Source: a virus
Lineage: Duplodnaviria; Caudoviricetes
Length of the DNA: 53,910 bases
IMG/VR virus record: IMGVR_UViG_3300006790_000002
Location: 1 to 53,910 of that record
Strand: one strand, 5' to 3'
Under the pieces are notes generated by a model. The model did not search any database. It saw only the letters and a program-made list of their open reading frames with translations, and was not told the origin of the DNA. How positions within the stretch are numbered: the stretch's first letter is position 1; the number at the start of each line of letters is the position of its first letter. The position numbers and the translations under genes are program-made. Below, in pieces: positions 15,644-25,255 of the stretch.

Positions 15644-16615
15644 CTACTCCGGCGTGAAGTCTTCGCGGTTTGATAGAGGCTGAATGAGGTACCGTAACCT
15701 GCGTACTCTTAGGCTATACACCGAGCCACTCGTGTTGTTGAAAGCACAGAATCCAATAGCGATGTGGACGTAGCGGTCGTTAGCACCAGTAAACTGGGTT
15801 GCGTTGTTGCCGTTGGTTCCGATAGCGGAGCCTAAGAATCTCGCTCGTGGATTCGTAGTCGCGTAAGAACCGCCGTGGATGAAGCATCGATCAACGCTGT
15901 TGCGGCTTGTCGCCCCGAAGGTTGCTTGGAAGATGATGGCGTTGTGGTCAACGTCACGCTGGGGCGAAAACTGACACTTCCAGGTTGCACCTGTAGTTGA
16001 CGCCTGGTTTCCGCCAGTCATATACCCAGCCTTGTAGAGGCCAGCGCTTGTCGTCCCCGTGGGATCTGAGGTCTGGTTCTTGTAGACCCGAGCCATTGCC
16101 CATTCGAGAGTCGCGTTCGGCATTACAGGCGTACCGCCTTGATCGGTCGCGTAATGGACAAAGCCGACACCGATCTGCCCATATTGGCCGTAGCCAAAAG
16201 TGCTCTCGCTACCTACGGGCCCGGTGATGGGGATGTCGTCGCACAGAAGCTCAACCTTGATCGAGAACTGCTCAGGGTAGAGTTGGTTCGGAGTAACTCC
16301 AGAAGGCTCTGCCAAACCACACTCCTCATAGGGCTTCAAGTGTGCCTTTGCGATGTAGAGTGTTCCCTTCAACGTACCGGGCTGCATCTGCTTTGCGCCC
16401 GTGTTGGGATTGTCGTAAGTCAGCACCGTACCGTCGGAGGAGATCGTGCCGAGGCGTGCGGGGCCCGTGGGTTGATCAACTCGTTGCCAGAGACTGGCGT
16501 CATGGATGTCGAGTTCGGTCCAGTCGCGGTATGGATTTCCACCACCACCGCCGCCGCCTGCATCAGGAGCAGGGACAGTTCTTCCGCCAGAAGGTGCTGG
16601 GATTGTTCTTGCCAT
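15644..16615 (-). CDS. Putative tail fibre / receptor-binding protein
   Basis: Short N-terminal arm, poly-Gly hinge, Thr/Gly/aromatic beta-rich body. Confidence 0.5.
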   Translation of the reverse strand: MARTIPAPSGGRTVPAPDAGGGGGGGNPYRDWTELDIHDASLWQRVDQPTGPARLGTISSDGTVLTYDNPNTGAKQMQPGTLKGTLYIAKAHLKPYEECGLAEPSGVTPNQLYPEQFSIKVELLCDDIPITGPVGSESTFGYGQYGQIGVGFVHYATDQGGTPVMPNATLEWAMARVYKNQTSDPTGTTSAGLYKAGYMTGGNQASTTGATWKCQFSPQRDVDHNAIIFQATFGATSRNSVDRCFIHGGSYATTNPRARFLGSAIGTNGNNATQFTGANDRYVHIAIGFCAFNNTSGSVYSLRVRRLRYLIQPLSNREDFTPE

Positions 16616-16956
16616 TACGATTTCCTCATCGACTTTCTCTTATTCGCTTTGATCGACATCGAGATTTTCTTCTTGATTTCCTTTATATCAGACCGGTCAT
16701 CGTCCCAGTAGTTCTCATTCTCTTTCGCCTCTTGGGCAACTACTCGATCTCCGTTCTTGGCATGTCCGCTGGGAGAATGCAGTTCCTTGCCATCTCCCTT
16801 CTTGACCCGACCTTCCTTCTCGGCTTTTCTTCTTTGTCGATTCCTGTCGTTCTTCTTTCGAACGGCTTCAGGATTCTTCTTCTGCTGTTTGTACTCGCAA
16901 GCGTAATCTCTTTTCTTCGAGCCATTGTGACTCGGACAACTGCTGGAACCATTCAT
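16615..16956 (-). CDS. Basic protein resembling small phage HNH proteins, active site degenerate
   Basis: KRDY..EY....PE..KK..RNR.RR....G.VKKGDGK pattern, but the D-H...N motif is altered. Confidence 0.5.
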   Translation of the reverse strand: MNGSSSCPSHNGSKKRDYACEYKQQKKNPEAVRKKNDRNRQRRKAEKEGRVKKGDGKELHSPSGHAKNGDRVVAQEAKENENYWDDDRSDIKEIKKKISMSIKANKRKSMRKS

Positions 16957-18218
16957 TGCATGAACTCCCCTGTAAGAGGATTACGGTATCTTTTCGGAAG
17001 TCGAGTTCTCTGAATCTCAGTCTGAGGACGAGCTTGAGGAGTAGGCTCAGGCTGAGTTTGCATAGTCGGCTCTTCTGCCCGGGGGGATGGAGTGGGTTCA
17101 GGAGCAGTGGTTGGAGTAGGCGCTGGCTCGGAAGTGCGTGGCTCCCGTTGGACATTCGGGATCTCAAAGACGCGAGCAACCCGTCGGTTGTACTCATCCT
17201 CGTCGATAAGCCCTCTCTCTTTCATCTGGGCCAAACGACTTACTCCGCCTCGTTGTCTCGCCACCCTGTTTGAGAGTTCTACCGCAGTCTCATATCGTCC
17301 GAGTCCTTCTGCGATTTCTGCCCTTTCTTCGGAGGATAGTTCGTCAAGGATGGCGGCGTCTCTTCCAGGATATCCAAGCTGTGAGGGACCGGGCGCAAGA
17401 AGAGCCCCGAGATCCTGAAAACCTGATGTTCCAGCGAAAGCTTTATCTGGAATCACTCGATCGTAGAGTTTGTTCAATGCTTCGGTAGGCTTAGTTCCCA
17501 TCAACTGGACAGCAGCTTCATCGATGGTTCCTCCCGAGCGAAGAACTGCATCGATCATGTCTGCATCTGCTTCTCGGACATCTCCGAGCATGGCTTCTCT
17601 TCCCCGACGGAAAGCGGCCCCTCCAGCGTGTCCTCGAATCTCAGCTAAGTAGTCTTCAGCAGATCTTGCCCTCTGTTCTCTGGAAGGTCCCGTGAAGAAT
17701 CTTGAACCTGCTTCTATTCCTCGAAGAATAGCCGGACCTGCGAGCATCCCCGCCGTCCCCACACCGGGCATGCCAGTAATGTTCCGCTTTCGACTTTCGC
17801 TGGCCAGTCCCTCTGCTTCTTCGAAGCTCTGGGCTGGACCCTCATCTGCTCTTCGACCATACGAGGTTCGAAGATTACTCTCGGGCATGTAGTCCCCGGA
17901 TGCTGCGAGTACTCGAAACCCGAAAGATCCAGGCTGGAAGGGGTCCTGCCCTTGGAGAAGTTGTTGGACATCTCCCCGAGTGATCTCATCATAGTTGGGA
18001 AAGACATCCCAAACGCGAGACGGACGGTAGCCAGACAAGACTCGTCTCCTCTCCGCCGGATCGGTAGGAAGAGAAGAAAAGTCGAACCCTGCCGCCGATC
18101 CGTACATATACAGAGCCGCAAGATCTTTTAGCTGCTCCTCCGAGAGAAACGAGTGCTCTCCTTTAGAGAGAGCAACTCGTGTGTCCGGAGACTCGCGTCG
18201 TGAACGCCTCTCTGCCAT
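16953..18218 (-). CDS. Hypothetical virion-associated protein, 421 aa, with Pro/Thr/Glu-rich tail
   Basis: Long ORF in the late operon; EPAPTPTTAPEPTP low-complexity C-terminus. Confidence 0.7.
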   Translation of the reverse strand: MAERRSRRESPDTRVALSKGEHSFLSEEQLKDLAALYMYGSAAGFDFSSLPTDPAERRRVLSGYRPSRVWDVFPNYDEITRGDVQQLLQGQDPFQPGSFGFRVLAASGDYMPESNLRTSYGRRADEGPAQSFEEAEGLASESRKRNITGMPGVGTAGMLAGPAILRGIEAGSRFFTGPSREQRARSAEDYLAEIRGHAGGAAFRRGREAMLGDVREADADMIDAVLRSGGTIDEAAVQLMGTKPTEALNKLYDRVIPDKAFAGTSGFQDLGALLAPGPSQLGYPGRDAAILDELSSEERAEIAEGLGRYETAVELSNRVARQRGGVSRLAQMKERGLIDEDEYNRRVARVFEIPNVQREPRTSEPAPTPTTAPEPTPSPRAEEPTMQTQPEPTPQARPQTEIQRTRLPKRYRNPLTGEFMQ

Positions 18219-18227
18219 TGAACCCCC

Positions 18228-18581
18228 TTAGTTGGCGGGCTCAATATCGAGAGAGATGTTGATGAGCCCTGAGCCAGTGACGTCTACAAAGAGAGTTCCT
18301 GTAGATCCGGCAGTGGCCGAAGCTGGAATCTCATAGAAGATTCCGGGATCTTCTTCCTGGTCGAGTGGAGTCGCTGTGGCACTATAAGCAAGCACGGTAG
18401 CAAAGCCCGTTCCGGCGGAGGTTTCTCCGACAGATAGGGTGACATTGCCTCCGCCTGCTGCGCTACAACGGGCACGACGAATCCAGCCACGGATAGGCAT
18501 ATTGGCAATCTGGATTTCTCCATCACCAATACGGCCACCCGAGCCTCGAATCCAGGTTTTCTTACTTACTGCTCCAGCCAT
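18228..18581 (-). CDS. Small beta-rich structural protein
   Basis: Gly/Thr/Ala-rich, alternating hydrophobic strands; start at ATG 18581. Confidence 0.65.
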   Translation of the reverse strand: MAGAVSKKTWIRGSGGRIGDGEIQIANMPIRGWIRRARCSAAGGGNVTLSVGETSAGTGFATVLAYSATATPLDQEEDPGIFYEIPASATAGSTGTLFVDVTGSGLINISLDIEPAN

Positions 18582-18589
18582 CAGGCCCC

Positions 18590-19048
18590 CTACGCAAGCG
18601 TAACGACGCCGCCGATTTGGAGGTTGATGAAGAGAACACCGTCCTCGTCGTCTTGCACCAAGCACACACCGACAACGCGGTCAACGGTTCCGACAGCAGG
18701 GCCGTACGATCCGTCATCTTGAAGGTAGACGGGATCTCCAGCAGGAATGTTGAGTCCCGTGGCTGACGTGTCCAAGCTAGAGAGGATTGCCCAGGGAAGG
18801 ACGACTCCGTACTTTCCAGCAGGCACTGCGTGGCGGGTGATGAACAGTGGGACAGCGCCGTTCTCAGGAGCAGAGGCGTCCACGTCGGTAGCAGTCATGT
18901 TCAAAGACTGGCCCGTGGGAGCAGAGGCAGCGACCTTCACGAGCGTGTTGGCTGCGATGGCGGCTCCGGTCCCGTTGTACATAAGAATGCCTTCAGCGTG
19001 CGGGATGTTCCGGGCAGGCTGGATGGACTTTTGCTTCATGACTGGCAT
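18590..19048 (-). CDS. Capsid decoration/cement-like protein (DUF2190-like)
   Basis: AIAANTLVK...AGDPVYL..DG......VVGVC pattern; AGGAG SD. Confidence 0.55.
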   Translation of the reverse strand: MPVMKQKSIQPARNIPHAEGILMYNGTGAAIAANTLVKVAASAPTGQSLNMTATDVDASAPENGAVPLFITRHAVPAGKYGVVLPWAILSSLDTSATGLNIPAGDPVYLQDDGSYGPAVGTVDRVVGVCLVQDDEDGVLFINLQIGGVVTLA

Positions 19049-19142
19049 TGTTTACTCTCCTAATGCGTGAGTCTTCTCAAACTATCTTCAGTGAGGACTT
19101 CTGCTCTTCGCAGAAGTTATTGGAATCTTACTTTGCGCGAGA

Positions 19143-22100
19143 TCATTTGTCGAGGATGCTTCTCATTCCTCTCTGCTCGACCTTGCGCTGGAGCGTTTCT
19201 CCCAGACCCTCGATTCTTCCGCCGCTGTAAGGCTCGAAGGTTGGAGGCGCCGACTTGATGAACTCGGTGAACTCCCTTCGGATGTCCCGCATGCGTCCAT
19301 CTACTTCGTCCTGGATGTTGAATGGAGACTCTCGCATGAAACCAGTCAGTCGCTTGGTTGCAGCGATGAATCCTTTTCGGAATCCCTGTTCCCACTCGGG
19401 AGAGGTGGTTGCTCCAATCCAAGCGGTAGCCTGAGTAGACCCGATCGGAAGCATTCGCCATGCCATGTAAGTGGCAATCGGAACTTGGCTTCGACCAGTT
19501 TCCGGATCTTCTCGAAGCTGGGAGCTTAGGCCCGGGATGGTGCGCCAAACTGTCTCTTCTTCTGGGCTGATGCTCCGGAAAGAGCCTCGCACTTGGTAAT
19601 CCAGATCTGCATTCATCGTAGAGAGCAGGGCACGCATCGACATCTCTAATGGAGGAGAAGCTGCGCCCAAGATTGGCTCGAAGAATCGAGCACCGACATC
19701 TGAAGGAGCGTTGAATCCTGCCCCGAAAGAAGAGGTTCCCGGAAGCTTCCCGAGCATCATGCCGACTCCGGTAAACAAAGCAGTGGTCATGTCAAACATG
19801 TCCATGCCTGTGTGCTGGGGAGCCAAAATCATGGCATGTGTGTAGTCTTTTCCGGTGATCTCTTTGTACCGTTGACGGCGAACTGGATCGAAAGGAATGA
19901 CGCCGAACTTCGGTCGAGTATCTGCCCAGGAGGGATAGAGTTCCCGAGCCACGGCATCCACTTTCTCGTTCATGCTCATGCCTTCGTAAGTGCCATCCTG
20001 GTAGAAGAAGTTTGGCAAGTTCGGGAAGATGAGCAAGTTCTGTCGAAGTCGAGCCAGACGACTGTCGCCCGTCAGGGCTTTACGAGCCAACTCGCTGTTA
20101 TTGCGAACGAAAGGCTCAAGGAGAGTTGAGCCCATCTGCTTCATGGACAGACGGTAGAATCTCCAGAAAGGAACGAAGCGAGTCATGATCATTGCTTCGG
20201 TCTCAGAGATTCCGTGCTTCCAATCATAGAGAGCACGGTCAACTGTCTTCTTGGCTTCCTGGCGACTCATTCCTCGCTGGAGGCTGTCGAGATACAGGCC
20301 CATTCGCTGACGGTCTTGGACCATCGAAGCATGGTTGTAGATCAGTCCCTGCCACTCCTTGAAGAAGTTCGGCATCGACTTCTCACCTTGGGCCGCTGCC
20401 CGGGAGAAGGTGTCGAGGAGTTCTTCGCGAACGAACGTATCGTTGATTCCATCTTCCAGGGCATAGCGACGAGCCTGATCGAAGGTGATCACGTCACCGT
20501 TCTTTGTGATGAACTCTCCCTTCTCGCCTTTGTAGATTCGAGCGAGATGCGGGTTCAAGAACGTGTCTACCATGCCCGGGAGGGCGACTCCCTTTCCAGA
20601 CTTTCCTGCAACTCGCTCCGCCATGAACAGCGTCTTCTCTTGCAGACCTCGTCCGAAGAACGGGATGTTCGTCATTCCGTTGACGAAGCTGAGAGATCCT
20701 GCCCGAGCTATACCAACTTCCTGCCACATCTGCACGAAGTCACCGAACATGTTGTTTGTCCAGTATCGAGGGTTCGGAGCGAGGAGACCCGTAACAGCAG
20801 ATCCTTTCCACAACCGGAGGTAATCATCGACCATACCCAGGGCCGCGTTCTTGCCAGTGACCTGTCTCGGGAACGGATCGAACTCTTTGGCGATTCTTCC
20901 TGCAAGAACATCCAAAGATCGGATCAGGTTCTCAGGAGCATAGCTTCCGGCTCCGATCTCCACGAGTCTCTTCGAGCGAGCTTCTTTGGCGGAAGAGACA
21001 ATCGGTACTCCTCGGGCAGCCTGGAAGTCTTTCTGAGTGAACGGCATACCCAAACGGTTGAGGTTCTGGATTGCCTTGTCGATGTCTCCGACATCCTCAA
21101 AGGACTCTCCTGCCAAGAGACGGTTGATGTCTGCTGCCTCTTCCGGACTGAATGTTCCGAAAGACTTCGCCATACGATTCTTCAGCGTGCTGAGAGTCGC
21201 GGAAGTCACGAGGCCAGAGCTGGCGAATGCGTAAGCACGAGCTACGTCGTACTCGGTGTTGCCGATGATTGCGTAAGTCGCCTTCCGCATCTTCTCGGCA
21301 AAGCCCACGTCGATGACTTCTCCAAGAGTGTTCTTGGTAGGACCAAAGCCCGGAGATTCATCTAAGTACTTCTTCGCAAGTCCCATCAAGAGAGGACCTG
21401 CTTCCTTAGCGACTGCGGTAACTTCGCCTCGTGGAACCCACATACGAGAGACAGATACCAAGCTGATCGGTGCGCCCGTGATTGCAGACACGGGCTTGAA
21501 TCCTTCCTTTGCCATCTCATCTGTTAGACGAGCAACAGCATCTTTCATCTCATCAAGGAACTCTTCAGTGAGTCCTTCTTTGAGTTTGCCTTCTGCCTTT
21601 AGGCTTTCGATCCGAGCAACGAGACCGTCTTCCAGATCTTGAATCTCTTTAGACCTGGAGGCTTCCGCCCGAGCCAGCCGAGCTTGTTCGACCGGATCGA
21701 TTCGAGTGTCTGCCAGGATTCCAAGCTTTCCTTTCTGGTAAGGAGTGCCCATGCCACTGGCGACTGACCAGCGGGAAGGACCAGTAGGAAGCTGAAGATC
21801 TCCCTGGAAGTCCAGGATTCCAAGAAGCTTCTCCTCCGCAGTCTCACCAAAGCCATCGGCCTTGGCCCACTGGAGAAGTTCTTGTTTGCCCTCTGCGAGC
21901 AGGAGTTCTGTCTGCTTGAATGCCTCTTCGAGTTGATCGCCTACCAGTCCGATTCGGTCTTCGATGTTGAAGCCCGGGATCATGCCAGAGGCTTCCTGGA
22001 ATCCATTCGACATGCTCCGAAGGGTACCTCCAGCAAACCTTCGAATCAGAGACTTGCTGCTCTTCTTCTCGATGCCGATGTCTCGCCAAGCTTCGTTGAC

Positions 22101-25100
22101 GGCTCGACCCCAGGCTACATCATCGGTGAACAGTCTCTGAGCTTGACCTGTTCGAATCAGACTCTGAATCTCTTCTTGTAGAGCAGAAGCTTCTCGAAGA
22201 TCGAGGCTAATGTCAGACCCTTCGGTCTTCACTCTTTCCAGAAGTTTTCTGAGGGGAGGAGAAGCCTTTGTGATCTCGGCAAGATTCTTAGGTCCGCCAA
22301 GCTCAGAAGCCAATCCCTTCATGAGTTTGTCTGCGTCAACCTGTAAGGTTGCTTGTTCGCCTCTCCTGCCCGGGATGAGTTTAGTCGCAGACTTCATCAG
22401 GTTACGGTAGGCACGAGCAACCTGGCCCTCGTCGAGTTTCGTTCCGAAACTCCGGAGTGCGTTCCAATCTGAATCCGCGATTGCCTTCATGCTCTTCGCA
22501 ATCTGCTTAGGCGTCTTGAATCCGACGACTCCAAGGTTTTCGAGTCCTGCTTTGTGCAGATTCTCCAGACCAGAAGCTACGTCATCGATGCTCTTTGCAT
22601 AGATCTCTCGCATGAGAGCGCGTTGGCTGGCCTTCTGTTCTGCCTTGAAGACTTCTTCTCCCTTCTTGGCGAACTTCCGAGAAAGCTTGTCGAAGTCCTT
22701 CTGCGAAACTCCGGCTGCTTTTGTTGCTTCTTTGTACTTCTTAGACGCCTCTGCGAGCTTTTCTTCTGCCCTCTGGAACCTCTTTACTCGATCAGCAGCA
22801 CCGCCTAATCGAAGATGTGCAGCCCGTTCTTTGCCCAGGTCTTGTATTCTACGCAACTCGACGATCTGCTCCATGAGTCCGCCTTCAGCAGCGACTACTT
22901 TGTGCATCTCCTCGAACTCTTTGATCTTAGATCGGATGTTTCTGGCTGCATTCTCGGGCAGTCGATACGGATGGACGTACTCTTCAATCTCTCCGCTCTT
23001 GCCTTTGACCTGAAGAACAATCTGATTGTCGTTGCCCTTAGACAATCGTCCGGACTTTGGCCCTCGAATGCGGATGCCTTCTACTGTGCGGATGACGGAT
23101 CCACCCGCAGGAGTAGGAAGTCGGACCTTCTGTCCATAGATTGGAATGGAGAAAGGCTCTGAAGTCTCAGTGACTGCCCGGGAGAGGCGGTTGCCTTTCG
23201 TAGAGAGAACTTCCCACCCAACTCGAAGACCGCCGCCTTTTCGTTGGGCTTCTTCGATTCCCAAGAATCCTTCTTGGAGAGTGTTGAAGATCTCGCCAAG
23301 CTCGTTGGCTTTCTTATCGTAGTCCGACAGGAGTTTGTTGTACTCCTTGCTGTTCCGGATTGCCTTCTCTTGCTTCTTAGCCAGAGAAGCTGCTCGCTCT
23401 AACTGCCTCGCGGCTCGCTCATCGATTGGAACGCCTCGTTCCGTTCGGATCTTTGCAGCATCTTCTGGTGACAAACCAAGAGCTTCGAGGAAAAGATTCT
23501 TCTCTCCTTCTACGAGTTCTCGCTCAGTATAGGCTGCCCAGAGTTCGTGCTCAGCTACTCGGGCTTCTTGAAGCTCGACCATGGCTTTCTGCTCGGCAGT
23601 CGTTGCAGACTCTGCGAACTCATCGAGTTCTTTGCGGAGTCTTTCTGCCTCTTCGCGAGCCGCTCCTGCCGTTTCGTACATGTCGTCGTAGCCTTTCATG
23701 CCACTTCCGGAGGCTCGACGAGTAGCAGACATCTGCTGGAAACGGGTGATTGCTGGCGTGTTTACAGCCAACATCAGGGCTCGATCATAGTCGTCCAGAG
23801 CCCGCTGGGCTTTGGCCATACTCAATCCATCGTCGAACTCTTGCTGAAGTTCTCGAAGACGATTTGCTGCTCTCCGAGTTCGCCTACCTGCCTGGGCAAG
23901 CTTTGCTGCTTTTACTGGACCACTGGCAGGCAGGGTCAGGAGAGTAACGATGTCCGGTTCCAGGACAATCAAGCTTAGGACTCCAACCCCTGCGACGGTT
24001 TTCGCAAACGTGCTGGTCTCTCCGCCTGGTTCTACTCCGTCAATCCTTCGGGCAATGTCACCGATGTGCTCGGTGATCTCGTCTCCTGCCCGGATGGCTT
24101 CGACCCACTCTTCGCTTCCGATCTCGTGACCTCCGAAGATCTTAGGCGTGAAGAAAGTCGACGGAGCGAATCGACCGAAACGAGAGAGGAGTCCCTCGGA
24201 GGACATCGTGACTGGGTTGACGACGGGGTTTAGCCGACTTGCCTGTGCTCCATAGCCACTGCCCGGGACTTGAGCACCGATCCTTCCGTAAGTAGTAGGA
24301 GCCGCGATTGCTCGGATGAACTTAGTTCCGAAGGCTGCATCTGCGATGTCTTTGGTGATGTCTCGGTCGAAAGCATCCGTGTAGAACATCCGACCACCGG
24401 AGTTCATGAACACACCCATGGAGTTCAGGGCTCGTTGGTCGATCAGCTTGTTGAGTTCTTCTGCTTCTTCCGGAGACAGATCCGAAGGAGATCTTCCTTC
24501 CCGGAGAAGATCTTCCGTAAACTGAGTTTTCCAGTACTCACGAGTCTGCCGAAACATCTTGTGCGTATCGAGAACAATGTCGCCTCGGATCTCTCGTGAG
24601 TTCAGCGGAATCTGCGAGACCATCGCTTTCTGGATTGCGCTTTCCGGAGAAAGCTCACGAGCAACTTCTCCTTCGATTGTCTTCTGCCCGAACCAAGAAG
24701 CGCCTCCTTGGTTTCTCGCTGAAGCTCTTCCTGCCCGCCAGACAGTATTCACATCTCCTGCTTCTTCGGGAGACAAGAGTCCTTCCGTCACCAGGCGATT
24801 GACCTCAATGGGAGATGGTTGCCAACCTTCCGGAGGGTCGTTTGAGTCTAAGTAGACATCAGGTGATTCGCGCTCTTGTTCCTCTCGCGTACTCCAGGGC
24901 CTATCGAGAGGAACGGGAGTTGTACCCACAGTCTGCCGAAGAGGAGCGTAGAACTCCGTCCCCCTCTGCTGCGCTCTGGCCGGTCCGGCTCGCCTCTTTG
25001 CCCGGGAGATGTCGATCTGCTGCTGTACAACAGGGCTTCGATCTCGGATCGCGCTTCGGGCGTCATACCCTAAGTAAGCAGCAGGATCGATGTCCTCTCC

Positions 25101-25244
25101 AGCCAAAGCAGCACCCCGGTCCTGGACCGCAGGAGGCTGCGGAGCCTGGAACGAGATGGTCTCTTCTTCCTGTTCCTGGGACTCAGGCGTCTCCTCTTCT
25201 TGATCTTCGAGGAGTACAGAAGTTTGCTGCTCTGGAGTTGCCAT
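19143..25244 (-). CDS. Large internal virion (ejection) protein, 2033 aa
   Basis: Largest ORF, last of three ejection-like genes after the nozzle; helical/coiled-coil; C-terminal RY.TNN..GD...W and FVPFWRF patterns typical of podovirus internal proteins. Confidence 0.7.
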   Translation of the reverse strand: MATPEQQTSVLLEDQEEETPESQEQEEETISFQAPQPPAVQDRGAALAGEDIDPAAYLGYDARSAIRDRSPVVQQQIDISRAKRRAGPARAQQRGTEFYAPLRQTVGTTPVPLDRPWSTREEQERESPDVYLDSNDPPEGWQPSPIEVNRLVTEGLLSPEEAGDVNTVWRAGRASARNQGGASWFGQKTIEGEVARELSPESAIQKAMVSQIPLNSREIRGDIVLDTHKMFRQTREYWKTQFTEDLLREGRSPSDLSPEEAEELNKLIDQRALNSMGVFMNSGGRMFYTDAFDRDITKDIADAAFGTKFIRAIAAPTTYGRIGAQVPGSGYGAQASRLNPVVNPVTMSSEGLLSRFGRFAPSTFFTPKIFGGHEIGSEEWVEAIRAGDEITEHIGDIARRIDGVEPGGETSTFAKTVAGVGVLSLIVLEPDIVTLLTLPASGPVKAAKLAQAGRRTRRAANRLRELQQEFDDGLSMAKAQRALDDYDRALMLAVNTPAITRFQQMSATRRASGSGMKGYDDMYETAGAAREEAERLRKELDEFAESATTAEQKAMVELQEARVAEHELWAAYTERELVEGEKNLFLEALGLSPEDAAKIRTERGVPIDERAARQLERAASLAKKQEKAIRNSKEYNKLLSDYDKKANELGEIFNTLQEGFLGIEEAQRKGGGLRVGWEVLSTKGNRLSRAVTETSEPFSIPIYGQKVRLPTPAGGSVIRTVEGIRIRGPKSGRLSKGNDNQIVLQVKGKSGEIEEYVHPYRLPENAARNIRSKIKEFEEMHKVVAAEGGLMEQIVELRRIQDLGKERAAHLRLGGAADRVKRFQRAEEKLAEASKKYKEATKAAGVSQKDFDKLSRKFAKKGEEVFKAEQKASQRALMREIYAKSIDDVASGLENLHKAGLENLGVVGFKTPKQIAKSMKAIADSDWNALRSFGTKLDEGQVARAYRNLMKSATKLIPGRRGEQATLQVDADKLMKGLASELGGPKNLAEITKASPPLRKLLERVKTEGSDISLDLREASALQEEIQSLIRTGQAQRLFTDDVAWGRAVNEAWRDIGIEKKSSKSLIRRFAGGTLRSMSNGFQEASGMIPGFNIEDRIGLVGDQLEEAFKQTELLLAEGKQELLQWAKADGFGETAEEKLLGILDFQGDLQLPTGPSRWSVASGMGTPYQKGKLGILADTRIDPVEQARLARAEASRSKEIQDLEDGLVARIESLKAEGKLKEGLTEEFLDEMKDAVARLTDEMAKEGFKPVSAITGAPISLVSVSRMWVPRGEVTAVAKEAGPLLMGLAKKYLDESPGFGPTKNTLGEVIDVGFAEKMRKATYAIIGNTEYDVARAYAFASSGLVTSATLSTLKNRMAKSFGTFSPEEAADINRLLAGESFEDVGDIDKAIQNLNRLGMPFTQKDFQAARGVPIVSSAKEARSKRLVEIGAGSYAPENLIRSLDVLAGRIAKEFDPFPRQVTGKNAALGMVDDYLRLWKGSAVTGLLAPNPRYWTNNMFGDFVQMWQEVGIARAGSLSFVNGMTNIPFFGRGLQEKTLFMAERVAGKSGKGVALPGMVDTFLNPHLARIYKGEKGEFITKNGDVITFDQARRYALEDGINDTFVREELLDTFSRAAAQGEKSMPNFFKEWQGLIYNHASMVQDRQRMGLYLDSLQRGMSRQEAKKTVDRALYDWKHGISETEAMIMTRFVPFWRFYRLSMKQMGSTLLEPFVRNNSELARKALTGDSRLARLRQNLLIFPNLPNFFYQDGTYEGMSMNEKVDAVARELYPSWADTRPKFGVIPFDPVRRQRYKEITGKDYTHAMILAPQHTGMDMFDMTTALFTGVGMMLGKLPGTSSFGAGFNAPSDVGARFFEPILGAASPPLEMSMRALLSTMNADLDYQVRGSFRSISPEEETVWRTIPGLSSQLREDPETGRSQVPIATYMAWRMLPIGSTQATAWIGATTSPEWEQGFRKGFIAATKRLTGFMRESPFNIQDEVDGRMRDIRREFTEFIKSAPPTFEPYSGGRIEGLGETLQRKVEQRGMRSILDK

Positions 25245-25255
25245 GTTTTACCTTC

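Noticed and set aside
20214-21365. 383-aa + strand ORF, and similar ORFs at 26219-27118 and 33690-34643
   Set aside because: They are antisense shadows of long structural genes, with no motifs or SD.
19143-25244. 2033-aa protein as a virion RNA polymerase or tape measure protein
   Set aside because: I saw no DxDxD or T7-type polymerase motifs and no tail tube or chaperone genes; position and C-terminal patterns fit an ejection protein.
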